From a virus, in the IMG/VR virus record IMGVR_UViG_3300012663_000801, positions 32,955 through 96,954 of that record: DNA of 64,000 nucleotides. One strand, 5' to 3'. Positions 23,492 to 34,141 of this stretch are shown in pieces. A model generated the notes under the pieces. The model was not told the origin of the DNA. It searched no databases and worked only from the letters and a program-made list of their open reading frames with translations. Position 1 is the first letter of the stretch, and the number at the start of each line of letters is the position of its first letter. The position numbers and the translations under genes are program-made.

Positions 23492-23896
23492 ATGGGCGAA
23501 TTAAATAAAAATGTTTTTCCAGACACCATTCAATTGGAGGATCTGGGTATTATCAAAGGAACTAGAAAATTTCGACTTTTGAAAGATTTTCGTTGTTTTT
23601 ATAAAGGAAAATTAACAACGGTTCAAAAAGGATTCATCACCGATGGTATTTCTGCACCTAAATTTGCATGGCCAATTATTGGGCCATATGGACCAGCTTT
23701 CCCCGCTGCTTTAATTCACGATTGGTGCTTCTCACCTTTTAATAAAGAATATTCTTGGAAAGATACCAATTGGTTATTCTTGGAATTGATGAAAGAAGCT
23801 GGAGTCGGATTCGTGATGAGATGGACTATCTATTCTGCGGTTGTAGTTGGTTCATACCCATTATGGCTCAAAAGAATTGAAAGTTATGGTAACTAA
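23492..23896 (+). CDS. DUF1353-family protein, start corrected to 23492
   Basis: KGFITDGISAP, AALIHDW; TAAATA-N5-ATG. Confidence 0.85.
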   Translation: MGELNKNVFPDTIQLEDLGIIKGTRKFRLLKDFRCFYKGKLTTVQKGFITDGISAPKFAWPIIGPYGPAFPAALIHDWCFSPFNKEYSWKDTNWLFLELMKEAGVGFVMRWTIYSAVVVGSYPLWLKRIESYGN

Positions 23897-23904
23897 ATAA
23901 TAAT

Positions 23905-24480
23905 ATGAAAGTTTTAGAAGATCATTGGGTAGACACCGCGAAAAGAGTCCCATTGGAAGGTGGCAGTAAAATGTATGTTCGTAGATTTCTCATTCAACAT
24001 TTTACAAGTGGTGCGACTGGAATGTCCTCTATTAATTTTTGGAAAACTCCCGACGCTAAAGGCGCATCTGCACATTTCGTGATTGATAGAGACGGAACAT
24101 TATTTCAATGTCGTCCTTGTAACGTCACATGCGGTCACGCAGGCAAATCATCGTGGACTTTCAAAGGTAAAACATATACAGGATTAAATTCTTGTTCAAT
24201 TGGTATTGAATATGCCAATGCTGGTGATTCTACTAATTTAATTAAACGTTATTCTAAATTGCCACCTCTGAGAGCTAAACACAAAAATGGTGGACCGCTT
24301 TGTGATTGGGAACAATATACTCCCGAACAAATCGCAACTGGCAAAGAATTGAGTAAAGTTCTCACCGAGCGTTATAAATTAGACGCTATCTTGGGTCATG
24401 ATGACATCGCACCTGATCGTAAAGTCGATCCGGGTCCAGCATTTCCTATGGAAGAATTTCGTAAATATTGTGGATTTTAA
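23905..24480 (+). CDS. N-acetylmuramoyl-L-alanine amidase (endolysin)
   Basis: IQHFTS, SAHFVIDRDG, HAGKS, SIGIE, GHDDIAPDRKVDPGPAF. Confidence 0.93.
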   Translation: MKVLEDHWVDTAKRVPLEGGSKMYVRRFLIQHFTSGATGMSSINFWKTPDAKGASAHFVIDRDGTLFQCRPCNVTCGHAGKSSWTFKGKTYTGLNSCSIGIEYANAGDSTNLIKRYSKLPPLRAKHKNGGPLCDWEQYTPEQIATGKELSKVLTERYKLDAILGHDDIAPDRKVDPGPAFPMEEFRKYCGF

Positions 24481-24488
24481 TACAATAT

Positions 24489-24794
24489 TTATTTAATTTT
24501 CTCTTTTAATTTGGCGAATGCTAATCGCACTGCATTGTTAATGGGAGAATCACCTTCATATTCACTCTCAATATCTTTGATAATTTTTAAAATATTGGAT
24601 GGTTCTTCTTCTTGTTCGCCATAAACAGTGGAAGTCACCATTGGTGGTGCTATCCCGATTACCTGCTTATTATAAGATAATTTAGTTCCCGCTTCTTTGG
24701 GCACCACTTGATTGGGGACTCTTTGGGGAGGATTGAATCCCGATTGATATTCTAAAATTAGATCGGCGTAAAGGTTTTGTAAATTTTTGTCCAC
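24489..24794 (-). CDS. Hypothetical late protein, GTG start
   Basis: TAAATA-N5-GTG. Confidence 0.7.
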   Translation of the reverse strand: MDKNLQNLYADLILEYQSGFNPPQRVPNQVVPKEAGTKLSYNKQVIGIAPPMVTSTVYGEQEEEPSNILKIIKDIESEYEGDSPINNAVRLAFAKLKEKIK

Positions 24795-24841
24795 GATATT
24801 ATTTAATTTGATAAGCTCATCTTTCGTGGTTAAATAATAAT

Positions 24842-25486
24842 ATGAAAAGATGGGGATATCGAAATGAAGAAGAAGCTGAAACTAAAACCAATAATCTTCC
24901 AAACATTATTATAACATCTCCAAGTGAAGATCTGACTACAACTGGTTATGGTATAAGGGTTATAAATAATAAAATTTTATTTTACGCTGATATTGACGAA
25001 GGTTCTGTTTTGGAATTGAATCGCATTCTTCTTGAATTGGATTCCAAATTACAAAGTATCAAAACCATGGGATTTGATGATAATTTCGATCCAACCATTC
25101 ATTTACACATCAATACCCACGGTGGTGTCGTGTTTGCAGCCTTTTCCACCGTTGACACGATTCGTAGATTAAAATCAAAGGTCCACACATACGTGGATGG
25201 TAACGTCGCCTCTGCTGGCACTCTGATCAGTTGCATTGGTGTCAAGAGATACATGGGACAACATGCCCATTTACTGATCCATCAATTGAGTTCTGGTGTC
25301 TATGGTAAATTTTCTGAAATGGAAGACGAAATGGTCACGTGCAATAAATTGATGAAATTGCTAAAAGATTTTTATAAAAAGCACACAAAAGTTCCGATGA
25401 AAAAAATGGATGAACTCATGAAGCGTGACATTTGGTTGGATGCTCAAGAGTGCCTCGAATACGGAATAATTGACGAAATTATTTGA
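24842..25486 (+). CDS. clpP: ClpP-like protease
   Basis: INTHGG, VASAGT, LIHQLS, RDIWLDAQECLEYGIIDEI. Confidence 0.88.
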   Translation: MKRWGYRNEEEAETKTNNLPNIIITSPSEDLTTTGYGIRVINNKILFYADIDEGSVLELNRILLELDSKLQSIKTMGFDDNFDPTIHLHINTHGGVVFAAFSTVDTIRRLKSKVHTYVDGNVASAGTLISCIGVKRYMGQHAHLLIHQLSSGVYGKFSEMEDEMVTCNKLMKLLKDFYKKHTKVPMKKMDELMKRDIWLDAQECLEYGIIDEII

Positions 25487-25592
25487 GAAAATAGGGGTTG
25501 ATTTTTTGTAGCTTCGTGGCATATTTAGCAAAACGAATGACAAAAAATCTGGAAATGAATGAGGAGAATTGAGGGATAAGTAATAGACAATT

Positions 25593-26567
25593 ATGAGTAT
25601 TTTCGACGAACAAATTAGCAGAAAACCAAACAAATATCCATGGACAACGAAATTTATCGAAGCCATGCATCAGGGTTTTTGGACCGATAAAGAATTCAGC
25701 TTTAAAGCGGATTATCACCAATTTAAGACTGTTTTGACTGATAGTGAACGAGAAATTATCGTTCGAACCTTATCGGCAATTGGTCAAATTGAAGTGGCAG
25801 TTAAGACATTTTGGTCAAAGCTCGGTGAGAATCTTCCCCATCCATCGTTATCCGATCTTGGGTTTGTCATGGCAAATGTTGAAGTTATTCACAATAATGC
25901 CTATGAGCGTCTTTTGGATGAACTCAATATGGAAGATATTTTCGAGGAAAATCTTAAACTCGAATGGATTCAAGGTCGCGTGAAGTATCTTAAAAAATAT
26001 ACACATCGCTTTTACAAAGATTCTAAGAAGCAATACCTTTACGCATTGATTCTTTTCACATTATTTGTTGAAAATGTTTCTCTGTTCAGCCAATTTTATG
26101 TTATCAATTGGTTCGCAAAGAATAAGAATGTTCTTAAGGACACTGATCAACAAGTTCGCTATACAAGAAACGAAGAAGCGATCCATGCAATGGTTGGTAT
26201 GAAGATTATCAATACGATTCGCGAAGAACATCCAGAATTGTTCGATAAGGAATTGGAAGAACGTATTCTACATGAAGCGGAGCAAGCTTTCATCGCAGAA
26301 AGTAAAATGATCGATTGGATGGTTAATGGTATCGATGAACAGGGATTATCGGCACCAATTTTAAAGGAATTTATTAAAAATAGGATAAATGACTCTTTGG
26401 ATGGAATCGGATTTCCGAAAGTGTTTGAGGTTGACACCAGCATTCTGGATGATACATTTTGGTTCGATGAGCAAATGCTTGCTCCCAACATGACGGATTT
26501 TTTCCATTCCAGACCTGTTGAATACGCTAAAAACACACAATCCTACGACGAAGACGATTTATTTTAA
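25593..26567 (+). CDS. nrdB: Ribonucleotide reductase class I beta subunit
   Basis: FWTDKE, EVIHNNAY, ENVSLFSQF, EEAIH, DFFHSRPVEY. Confidence 0.95.
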   Translation: MSIFDEQISRKPNKYPWTTKFIEAMHQGFWTDKEFSFKADYHQFKTVLTDSEREIIVRTLSAIGQIEVAVKTFWSKLGENLPHPSLSDLGFVMANVEVIHNNAYERLLDELNMEDIFEENLKLEWIQGRVKYLKKYTHRFYKDSKKQYLYALILFTLFVENVSLFSQFYVINWFAKNKNVLKDTDQQVRYTRNEEAIHAMVGMKIINTIREEHPELFDKELEERILHEAEQAFIAESKMIDWMVNGIDEQGLSAPILKEFIKNRINDSLDGIGFPKVFEVDTSILDDTFWFDEQMLAPNMTDFFHSRPVEYAKNTQSYDEDDLF

Positions 26568-26570
26568 TAT

Positions 26571-28223
26571 ATGACAAGAGAAAAATACTACTGGTTAAAC
26601 GAAGATTCAATTAAATTTTTAGAGCAAGGCTATCTTAGAGAAGGGCAATCACCCATCGATAGAATCCAAGAAATTGCAAATACTGCTCAAAAAATCCTCG
26701 GTATTGAAGGGTTCGCTGATAAATTTATTGATTACATGTCCCGTGGCTTTTATAGCCTTTCCACTCCAGTCTGGATGAACTTTGGAAATGATAGGGGCAA
26801 CCCAATTTCTTGTTTCAATTCCCATATTGGCGATAGTGTGGAAGATTTTCTAACCAAACAAGCTGAAGTTGGAATGATGACTAAAGTTGGTGGTGGAACA
26901 TCTGGATATTTCGGCGATATTCGTCCCCGAGGTTCTAAAATTTCCACTGGTGGTGTCGCTGAAGGTTCTGTCAGATGTATGGAATTATTCGACAATGTTG
27001 CCAAGATCATTAGCCAAGGGAGCGCACGTAGAGGAAGCTTTGCGGCATATTTACCTATTGACCATGGTGACTTTGATGAATTCATGAAGATTCGTTCAGA
27101 GGGCCATTCCATCCAAGAGATGTCCATCGGTGTTACCATTCCTGATGGATGGATGCAGTCGATGAGAGATGGTGACAAGGAAAAGAGACGTAGATGGGCT
27201 GCTGTGATTAAAAAGCGTTCGGAAACTGGATACCCATATATTTTCTTCACAGATAATGCCAATAAAAATGCCCCACAAGTCTATAAAGATAAGGGATATA
27301 AGATCAATGCGAGTAATCTCTGCTCTGAGATTTTCCTGCCATCATCGAAAGATGAATCTTTCGTCTGTTGTCTCTCATCGTTGAATTTGCTTTGGTGGGA
27401 TGAAATCAAAGAAACGGATGCAGTTGAAACATTGATCATGTTCTTGGATGCTGTCATGACAGAATTTATTTCGAAGACCAAGGACATTCGTTTGATGGAA
27501 GCTGCTCATAATTTCGCCAAGAATCATAGAGCATTGGGTATGGGCGTTCTCGGATACCATAGTTATCTCCAATCTAAAATGATTGCATGGGAAAGTATGG
27601 ATGCACACTATGAGAATATTTCAATCTTTTTTGAAATCCGCAAACGTGCTGATGATGCAACGAAAAAGCTTGCTGAAATGTTCGGTGAACCTGAAGTATT
27701 GAAGGGTTATGGTCGTCGCAATACCACGACTCTCGCGATTGCTCCAACTACGAGTTCTAGCTTTATTCTGGGACAAGTCAGTCCAAGCATCGAACCACTT
27801 AATAGTAATTACTTCGTCAAGAATCTCGCGAAGGGTCAATTCATCTATCGCAACCCCAAACTTGAAGAATTATTGAAATCTAAAGATAAGGATCAAAAAG
27901 AAATTTGGAAGAGTATTTTGCTTCATGGTGGCAGTGTCCAGCATCTTGATTTTCTCACAGATCACGAAAAAGATGTTTTGAAAACATTTGCAGAATTATC
28001 ACAAAAAGAAGTTGTGATACATGCTGCTCAAAGACAACCCCATATCGACCAAGGACAATCTCTTAATTTGATGATTCCCGCTGGAACGAAACCAAAAGAA
28101 ATTAACGAATTGATGATTTTTGCTTGGGAAATGGGTGTCAAGTCATTGTATTACCAACGCTCTTCGAATCCAAGTCAAGAATTATCCAGATCAATCCTCA
28201 CATGTAAATCATGTGAGGGTTAA
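26571..28223 (+). CDS. nrdA: Ribonucleotide reductase class I alpha subunit, short form without ATP cone
   Basis: PISCF, SNLCSEI, IAPTTSSS, KSLYYQR, C-terminal CKSCEG. Confidence 0.95.
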   Translation: MTREKYYWLNEDSIKFLEQGYLREGQSPIDRIQEIANTAQKILGIEGFADKFIDYMSRGFYSLSTPVWMNFGNDRGNPISCFNSHIGDSVEDFLTKQAEVGMMTKVGGGTSGYFGDIRPRGSKISTGGVAEGSVRCMELFDNVAKIISQGSARRGSFAAYLPIDHGDFDEFMKIRSEGHSIQEMSIGVTIPDGWMQSMRDGDKEKRRRWAAVIKKRSETGYPYIFFTDNANKNAPQVYKDKGYKINASNLCSEIFLPSSKDESFVCCLSSLNLLWWDEIKETDAVETLIMFLDAVMTEFISKTKDIRLMEAAHNFAKNHRALGMGVLGYHSYLQSKMIAWESMDAHYENISIFFEIRKRADDATKKLAEMFGEPEVLKGYGRRNTTTLAIAPTTSSSFILGQVSPSIEPLNSNYFVKNLAKGQFIYRNPKLEELLKSKDKDQKEIWKSILLHGGSVQHLDFLTDHEKDVLKTFAELSQKEVVIHAAQRQPHIDQGQSLNLMIPAGTKPKEINELMIFAWEMGVKSLYYQRSSNPSQELSRSILTCKSCEG

Positions 28224-29812
28224 ATGATCCTGATAGGAATTTTCTTTTCATGTAATTGCGCATAAGACTGGGCCACAGTGTTATGCGCGTTTATTTTATT
28301 ATTTTGAGCGTCTTTTCGAACATCTAAATTCGATTCAACGAGTTTCAAAGGAATGTTGTTGAAATGGTGACTATGTGGATACATCACAATCAAATCATCG
28401 GATGCTTTGGCATACACGGGGAAATAGCTACCACCGATATAACATTCACCGATAATTAATCGTCTATCCCTATCTATGGCGAACTTGCCAGTCACCACCG
28501 TATTTTCGGTTTGTTGCACCTCCAGAGGCGCTGTGACATGCTGTAGATAGGTTTCACCTTCAACTGCCAATCCACCACCTACGATTAAATTATTTTTAAC
28601 TCCTAGAGAAGATTCGACGTATACTTGCCTATTGGTTCTCAAAACAATAGTCTTTAGAGATTGTATCTCAACATTGCTTTCCGATGCGATATGAATACCA
28701 TGAGAAGCATTTAGATTTATTTGTTTGAATCCTCCTCTTAAAACAGTTCCACCCATTTCAAATGAACCAGTGGTTTTCAAAGAAATACCCCCAGAGCCAA
28801 CGATTCTGCTGAAAATATTTCCAACAATCGCATGATCTTTACCACAAGGGAAATTGGATGCATTGTCAACTTCCTCGACGAGAGGTATATAATCATGATT
28901 TTTGTAGATGCCTTTATCAGATACCAACATTTCAAGTGGTTGACTTCTGCCTTTTTCATCAATCCTTACAGATGGGAAATCATTGAAAATTGCGCCAATC
29001 GTTTCAATTTTATTTCTTTTGGTGATAAGATGCTCATCGCCTCCATCACCCATTTTCCCTTCAATAATAGTTAATTGTTCTTGGGTGTCCAGTAATTGTT
29101 TATCGATATCCAACGCATCTTGATCACTCGCCCATTCACCATTTTCAGTGGCAGCAGAAACAGATGCACCGAATTCTAAGACACCCGGAGCTTGTGAGCC
29201 TCGTGTCCCAGCACTTTTCCCAATATCTTGGAGAGAGATCGATTCATATTTCGCAGATTCCCCAATTCTTTCAGTAATGGGAGTATAAACAGTTACTTCA
29301 TCAATTTTTGATGTCCGGTAAGGTGTTCTACCATAGCCTATGAATTTATTTTCAACGACAAATACTTTCGAACCTATTACCGGGTTAGCACTACGAGTTC
29401 CGCTTGGTGAACTACTCGCACCATTTGGTAATGATATTCCGCCTCTTTTTATTTTAAATTTTGAATTATTATCCGCAATAGGTTTGATCAAATCTTTCCA
29501 TTCTTGGAATGCGTTTATCTCATTTTCATCTATGAAACCTTTATAATTATAAACAGTGCCTCCGACTCTTTCATTTTTACCACCGACGATAAATTCACTG
29601 GAATCTCCTTTGACGGTATCAAATTTATCATTCAATACCATAGTTTGTTTATTGTTGGTCGCCAATTCGGAATTAGCCACATTGTTCAATAAAATGTTAC
29701 TTCCCGATCTTTGAGAAATATGAAGTGATTCGTTATCGCTCGTATTGTTGATAACGATTGATCCACCTCTTTGGTTCAACACTGTGCGGTTTCTATATTT
29801 CTTTTTAGACAT
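28220..29812 (-). CDS. gp5-like baseplate hub/spike, C-terminal part
   Basis: Beta-repeat segments, HSHHF near C-terminus, directly downstream of gp5 OB-fold gene. Confidence 0.6.
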   Translation of the reverse strand: MSKKKYRNRTVLNQRGGSIVINNTSDNESLHISQRSGSNILLNNVANSELATNNKQTMVLNDKFDTVKGDSSEFIVGGKNERVGGTVYNYKGFIDENEINAFQEWKDLIKPIADNNSKFKIKRGGISLPNGASSSPSGTRSANPVIGSKVFVVENKFIGYGRTPYRTSKIDEVTVYTPITERIGESAKYESISLQDIGKSAGTRGSQAPGVLEFGASVSAATENGEWASDQDALDIDKQLLDTQEQLTIIEGKMGDGGDEHLITKRNKIETIGAIFNDFPSVRIDEKGRSQPLEMLVSDKGIYKNHDYIPLVEEVDNASNFPCGKDHAIVGNIFSRIVGSGGISLKTTGSFEMGGTVLRGGFKQINLNASHGIHIASESNVEIQSLKTIVLRTNRQVYVESSLGVKNNLIVGGGLAVEGETYLQHVTAPLEVQQTENTVVTGKFAIDRDRRLIIGECYIGGSYFPVYAKASDDLIVMYPHSHHFNNIPLKLVESNLDVRKDAQNNKINAHNTVAQSYAQLHEKKIPIRII

Positions 29813-29814
29813 AT

Positions 29815-30540
29815 TTAATTTTCAAAATTAGATGGATAATAAGGGGAAATGTTAGATTGATTATCAGTCCTATTTATGAGTGTGAGACTTCTGTAATCTT
29901 GCGTGACTCCGAAATAAACAGGGAAATTGAAATCTCCCAGATAATGGAATAACCATACTTTAGAACCAACTTCTGGAATTCCCATCAATCCCTTTGTTTT
30001 ATTGGCGAATTTTTCGGATTTATAACCAAAGGAATATGAATTACATTTTACGGAAAATGCATTGATTGGATTATTGAAAGCATCACCCATGATGGTATCT
30101 TTATTTTCATAAATGAATGAAGGTGAGAATGAACCGTTTTGTAAAGTCGGTGGGTCTTCATCGTTTGTTCTGAAACCTTCTTCGTAATTACAATCGGAAA
30201 TGGTGGAAATGCTATCCTCATCGTTTTGATAATATCGCCCATTCCCTGACTCACCAATTATAGGGTAACATGGTTCAGCCCATGGAATATTATTCACTAT
30301 CTCTTTGAAAATTGCAGTGTCATACCAATTATCAGTCGGATTATTAACACCACCAATTTTTACATTAATTTCGTCGTATTTATCAAACCAATCATCAAAT
30401 GGTTGATTTGATAATTCTGGAATATAAATCTTGATTCTATTCAATTTTAAAGGATCATCATTTTTTACGACGATACCGCTATAAAATGATTCATCAGTTC
30501 TTTTGGATTCTATTCCAGAACCACTTCCCCTATTAAACAT
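29815..30540 (-). CDS. gp5/VgrG N-terminal OB-fold protein
   Basis: GIVVKNDDPLKLNRIKIYIP, IPWAEP, IPEVGSKVWLFH..GD..FPVYFG. Confidence 0.85.
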   Translation of the reverse strand: MFNRGSGSGIESKRTDESFYSGIVVKNDDPLKLNRIKIYIPELSNQPFDDWFDKYDEINVKIGGVNNPTDNWYDTAIFKEIVNNIPWAEPCYPIIGESGNGRYYQNDEDSISTISDCNYEEGFRTNDEDPPTLQNGSFSPSFIYENKDTIMGDAFNNPINAFSVKCNSYSFGYKSEKFANKTKGLMGIPEVGSKVWLFHYLGDFNFPVYFGVTQDYRSLTLINRTDNQSNISPYYPSNFEN

Positions 30541-30555
30541 AATATTATTTAAGAG

Positions 30556-30584
30556 AAAAGCACACGAATCAACCGTGTGCTTTC
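30556..30584 (-). terminator. Intrinsic terminator
   Basis: AAAGCACACG-AATCAAC-CGTGTGCTTT inverted repeat. Confidence 0.7.
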
Positions 30585-30618
30585 ATATTCGAAAATAAAG
30601 ACGGAGAGTGTCTTACTA

Positions 30619-31071
30619 TTAATATCCGAGTAATCTCTTTCTACGAGTGTCAGGAGTAGAAACAGAATCTCCTTCGGTGAATGCCGAAGTTGGGACAGTT
30701 GTGACTGAACTCAGGAATGTGAAGGTCGTAAATGTATTATCTGTATTCACAAGAGCCATCTGAGTGTTATGGAGCGAATTAGGGATATTAAACACCGAAC
30801 CAAGGACATTCACTGTGACACTTGGATAAGCAGCAAGAGAAAATGAAGATGCAGTATTGACCGTAGTGCCCACTGAGAAAACAACTGGATTGAATGTGAG
30901 ACCAACATCAGTAGTGGAAAGAGAAACCATGCCAAGATCTCTGGTCGCGACAACGACATCAGCACCAGAAACAAATGTAACACCTGTCGAAGAAAGTGTG
31001 GTATTGGTGAGATTAGGGTTGCCAGTTTTTTGGGCAGAAAGAATGTTTGATTGGAACGTATAAATGCTCAT
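30619..31071 (-). CDS. Ser/Thr-rich virion protein, start corrected to 31071
   Basis: TAAATA-N5-ATG; downstream of major capsid gene. Confidence 0.65.
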   Translation of the reverse strand: MSIYTFQSNILSAQKTGNPNLTNTTLSSTGVTFVSGADVVVATRDLGMVSLSTTDVGLTFNPVVFSVGTTVNTASSFSLAAYPSVTVNVLGSVFNIPNSLHNTQMALVNTDNTFTTFTFLSSVTTVPTSAFTEGDSVSTPDTRRKRLLGY

Positions 31072-31140
31072 GTTATTATTTAGCAAAATCGCTCAAATTT
31101 TAGAAATTATCAGATAAAAATACGATCAATATGAAACGAA

Positions 31141-31172
31141 GAAACCCGAGGCTCTTCGGCACCTCGGGTTTC
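31141..31172 (-). terminator. Terminator after major capsid gene
   Basis: GAAACCCGAGG...CCTCGGGTTTC inverted repeat. Confidence 0.8.
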
Positions 31173-31203
31173 AGATTTGTTTCAGCGTGTTGCTTGGTTA
31201 GAC

Positions 31204-32706
31204 TTACAGGTAAGTGCTAATCGAACCCGGAGTAAACGCAGTACCAAGACCTTTGACAATGATCAGGTGATAATAAAGATTAGCACCGAAGATATTGTTT
31301 ACGATACCATAACGGGTCATGAGTCCAACGCGAGGAGCGAAATCATTCGGTCCAATTGTGCGTTGCACCATAATCGGGATGTATGGGCAGTAAATAATAC
31401 CTGTGTCATAGTATTCAGAACCTTTGTAACCCAAGAGCGCATACTCAACACCGTTACCGCTGTTAGGCGCATTGGTGTAGCTATTTGGTCTATAAAGCGT
31501 AGTGTTCTGAACTTCAGTCCGAGTATCACGATAAACGGTCCAGCGGCTACCAACAGTACCAACTTTTGAAATACCGACACCAGCAGTGGAGACAGTTCCA
31601 TTAACTTCAAAGACTTTGAAGTCAGGAAGCATCTCAAGGATGCTGCAAACGCGAGGAGTTGCGATAACAAAGTTAGCGGCACCTCTACGGTTACGAGCAG
31701 CCATACGGCCACTTTCGATAAGCAAGCGTTGATAGAAGGTAATATTTCTTTCAGCAGTCCAACGACCATCCGCACTAACAGGACTCCAGATGGAGAAACC
31801 TGCACCAGCACCAGCATTGAAGGCGGTTTGGATCATACGCATCACAACTTCACGGTCGATTTCGGCTTGGATTTCATACGACATTGCGTTCGTAAGTTCT
31901 CCATCGATATCGATGCCGTTCATGTTCTTGATGTCTTGTTCCAACTCAACCGACCAGCGGGTAGCGAGTCTACGTGTTCCAGCTTCAACAGCGGTCTTGT
32001 CAAACTTCAATTCGATTTGAGGGATTTTGCCCGTCAATTCGTAATTATTCAGAAGTTCAGCGATACCACGGTCTTGATCTGCGAATAACCAGTGATCGGT
32101 GTTACCCGAAAGGAAACCAGCAGATGTGCCAGTGAAACGTGTGTCCAGAAGTTGATAACCAAGTTCGTCACTAGCAGTGACAGTGTCATTCAGCGAGGGG
32201 AGATCTTTACCACCAGTGTAAGCAGCTTTAAGCTGATTACCGAAACTGGAGCCAGATCCACCTTGACTAGCGTATCCGTCGATACCACCATCGCTCAGAG
32301 TATCACCTTGATAGGCGTAACGAAGAGCGAAAGCAAGACCAACTGGACCACCCATAGGCTGAACACCAACGATTTCATTGGAGATCAATTCAGGGAAAGT
32401 GCGTCGAATCATAGGAATAAGAATCTTGGGCAAACGTGCATCACCAGTAGCATAGGAATCGCTGTTAGCGATACCCGGAACTCCAGTTGGTTGCAAACTT
32501 GCACCAAAAACGCCGTTAGTACCAGCGTTGTTCGATTCTTGAAAGCACCACTGTTCTTGGTTCTCAAGCAGCATAGCAGTAGTCTTGTAAACGTGTTCGT
32601 TCTGGATAGCAGGAATCGAGTTCGAGCTATAGTCCAGCACCTTACGCCATTTAGCGACTGCGCGTTGCATCTTTGAGCCATTCAGATCATTTTGTGGGAT
32701 ATTCAT
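31204..32706 (-). CDS. gp23: T4-like major capsid protein
   Basis: LLENQE, MIRRTFPELI, VGVQPMGGPVGLAFALR, WSVELEQD, YCPYIP, PRVGLMTRYG. Confidence 0.97.
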   Translation of the reverse strand: MNIPQNDLNGSKMQRAVAKWRKVLDYSSNSIPAIQNEHVYKTTAMLLENQEQWCFQESNNAGTNGVFGASLQPTGVPGIANSDSYATGDARLPKILIPMIRRTFPELISNEIVGVQPMGGPVGLAFALRYAYQGDTLSDGGIDGYASQGGSGSSFGNQLKAAYTGGKDLPSLNDTVTASDELGYQLLDTRFTGTSAGFLSGNTDHWLFADQDRGIAELLNNYELTGKIPQIELKFDKTAVEAGTRRLATRWSVELEQDIKNMNGIDIDGELTNAMSYEIQAEIDREVVMRMIQTAFNAGAGAGFSIWSPVSADGRWTAERNITFYQRLLIESGRMAARNRRGAANFVIATPRVCSILEMLPDFKVFEVNGTVSTAGVGISKVGTVGSRWTVYRDTRTEVQNTTLYRPNSYTNAPNSGNGVEYALLGYKGSEYYDTGIIYCPYIPIMVQRTIGPNDFAPRVGLMTRYGIVNNIFGANLYYHLIIVKGLGTAFTPGSISTYL

Positions 32707-32768
32707 ATATATTTGACTTTCTATTCACATTTGTTCAGGAATTACTTCCTCATTGTGCGGGGTGGAAA

Positions 32769-33653
32769 TTATCTTTTGAATTCCATCGTTTGAAGGACAC
32801 TCAAATAAGGATCATTCTCCTCTACATCATTATTTAGCTTTTCTTCGATAATTTTTTCATTTTTCACGAAGTCGGGCTTATATTTGCGATTTTGGATAGC
32901 TTCTTCCTTAATCACTTCGAGTTGTTTCTTCTCTTGCTTTTCAAAGAGGCGAACCGTGTAATCGAAATTTTCTTGAATAAACTTCAGAGACTTGTCTCCA
33001 AGAGCCTTCTGAATGAAGTTCTTCTTGGTTTCGGGATATTTCGAAGTCTTAGCTTCGAGGAACAATTTGGTCTGAGTCTTGTTCTTCTCTTCAGTGATAA
33101 CTTTGAGATTGTTCTTCAATTGTGCATTTTCGTTACGAAGACCATCCAACTCGACTTTACCTTGCATGATAGCGTCCGAAACGGATTCCTTCATGACAGC
33201 AGAATCAATCGCTAACACTCTGCGAAGATTTTCCAAGACATTGTATGCAGTCTTGTTCTTAACCGCAGTTTCCATATCTTCTTTCGGGAAAGACTCATTC
33301 AAAAATTCATCCAAGAACACGCTAACAGACTCTGTGAGTTGCTTTTTGAATTTGAGCAAATCGACTTGTTGTTCTCTTTCGTATTTCTTGACAATTTTAA
33401 CAAGCTTGGCAGTCTTATCTCTGTCAAAAGCTTCCATCAATTTTTTCATTTTAATGGTGCGGTCCTTATCAACCGACTCCATAAGAGACTTCAATTTGAC
33501 GGCATACACTTCATCCTGTTCGAGCAATGCCGCTTCGACTGCGAGATCAACTTTGGCTTCCAAAGCTTCTTGGATAGCATTGACGGACTCATCGGAAAGA
33601 CCGAGACTTGCTTGAACGTCTTCAGAGAAAAGATTCTGTTTGTTTTTCTTCAT
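32769..33653 (-). CDS. gp22: Prohead core scaffolding protein
   Basis: Coiled-coil, E/K rich, directly upstream of gp23. Confidence 0.8.
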   Translation of the reverse strand: MKKNKQNLFSEDVQASLGLSDESVNAIQEALEAKVDLAVEAALLEQDEVYAVKLKSLMESVDKDRTIKMKKLMEAFDRDKTAKLVKIVKKYEREQQVDLLKFKKQLTESVSVFLDEFLNESFPKEDMETAVKNKTAYNVLENLRRVLAIDSAVMKESVSDAIMQGKVELDGLRNENAQLKNNLKVITEEKNKTQTKLFLEAKTSKYPETKKNFIQKALGDKSLKFIQENFDYTVRLFEKQEKKQLEVIKEEAIQNRKYKPDFVKNEKIIEEKLNNDVEENDPYLSVLQTMEFKR

Positions 33654-33689
33654 AATATTATTTAGAGATTTGATATAATTTTTTATGAT

Positions 33690-34133
33690 TTAGAACAAAG
33701 GTTTTTCGATTTCTTTCGAAATTTGTTGTTGAATCTTTTGATTGATGGTATTCTTCAAATATGCATGAGCTTCTGCATGATTATTGGTCATGATTGCTTC
33801 GATAAATTTGATAATCGATGCTGATTCTTGGATGTCCACTTTTTTACCCTCTTTACGATCATATTTCTTTTCGTCTTTATGCTGTTTAGTAGGTGGTGCG
33901 AAATGTTTGCGCTCCTTCACTTTTGGCCCTTTGAGCGTAGCTTTCCCATCTTTTTTCATTTTTTTGGAGATAGATTGCTCATCTTCGTCCTTAGTCTTGA
34001 GAAATTCTTCAATCTTCTTTTTAGGCATTTCCTTAGCTACTTTTTTGGCTTCACCAGAGACTTTTTTCTGTCCTTTTTTAGCACCCATAACAGCGCCAAA
34101 GAATCTTTTTTGTTTTTCCGTTTTAGATGGCAT
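33690..34133 (-). CDS. Basic prohead core-like protein (gp67/68-like position)
   Basis: Between protease and scaffold; MPSKTEKQKRFFGAV. Confidence 0.55.
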   Translation of the reverse strand: MPSKTEKQKRFFGAVMGAKKGQKKVSGEAKKVAKEMPKKKIEEFLKTKDEDEQSISKKMKKDGKATLKGPKVKERKHFAPPTKQHKDEKKYDRKEGKKVDIQESASIIKFIEAIMTNNHAEAHAYLKNTINQKIQQQISKEIEKPLF

Positions 34134-34141
34134 ATTATTAT

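Noticed and set aside
25593-28223. Introns or inteins in nrdAB
   Set aside because: Both ORFs are continuous and compact.
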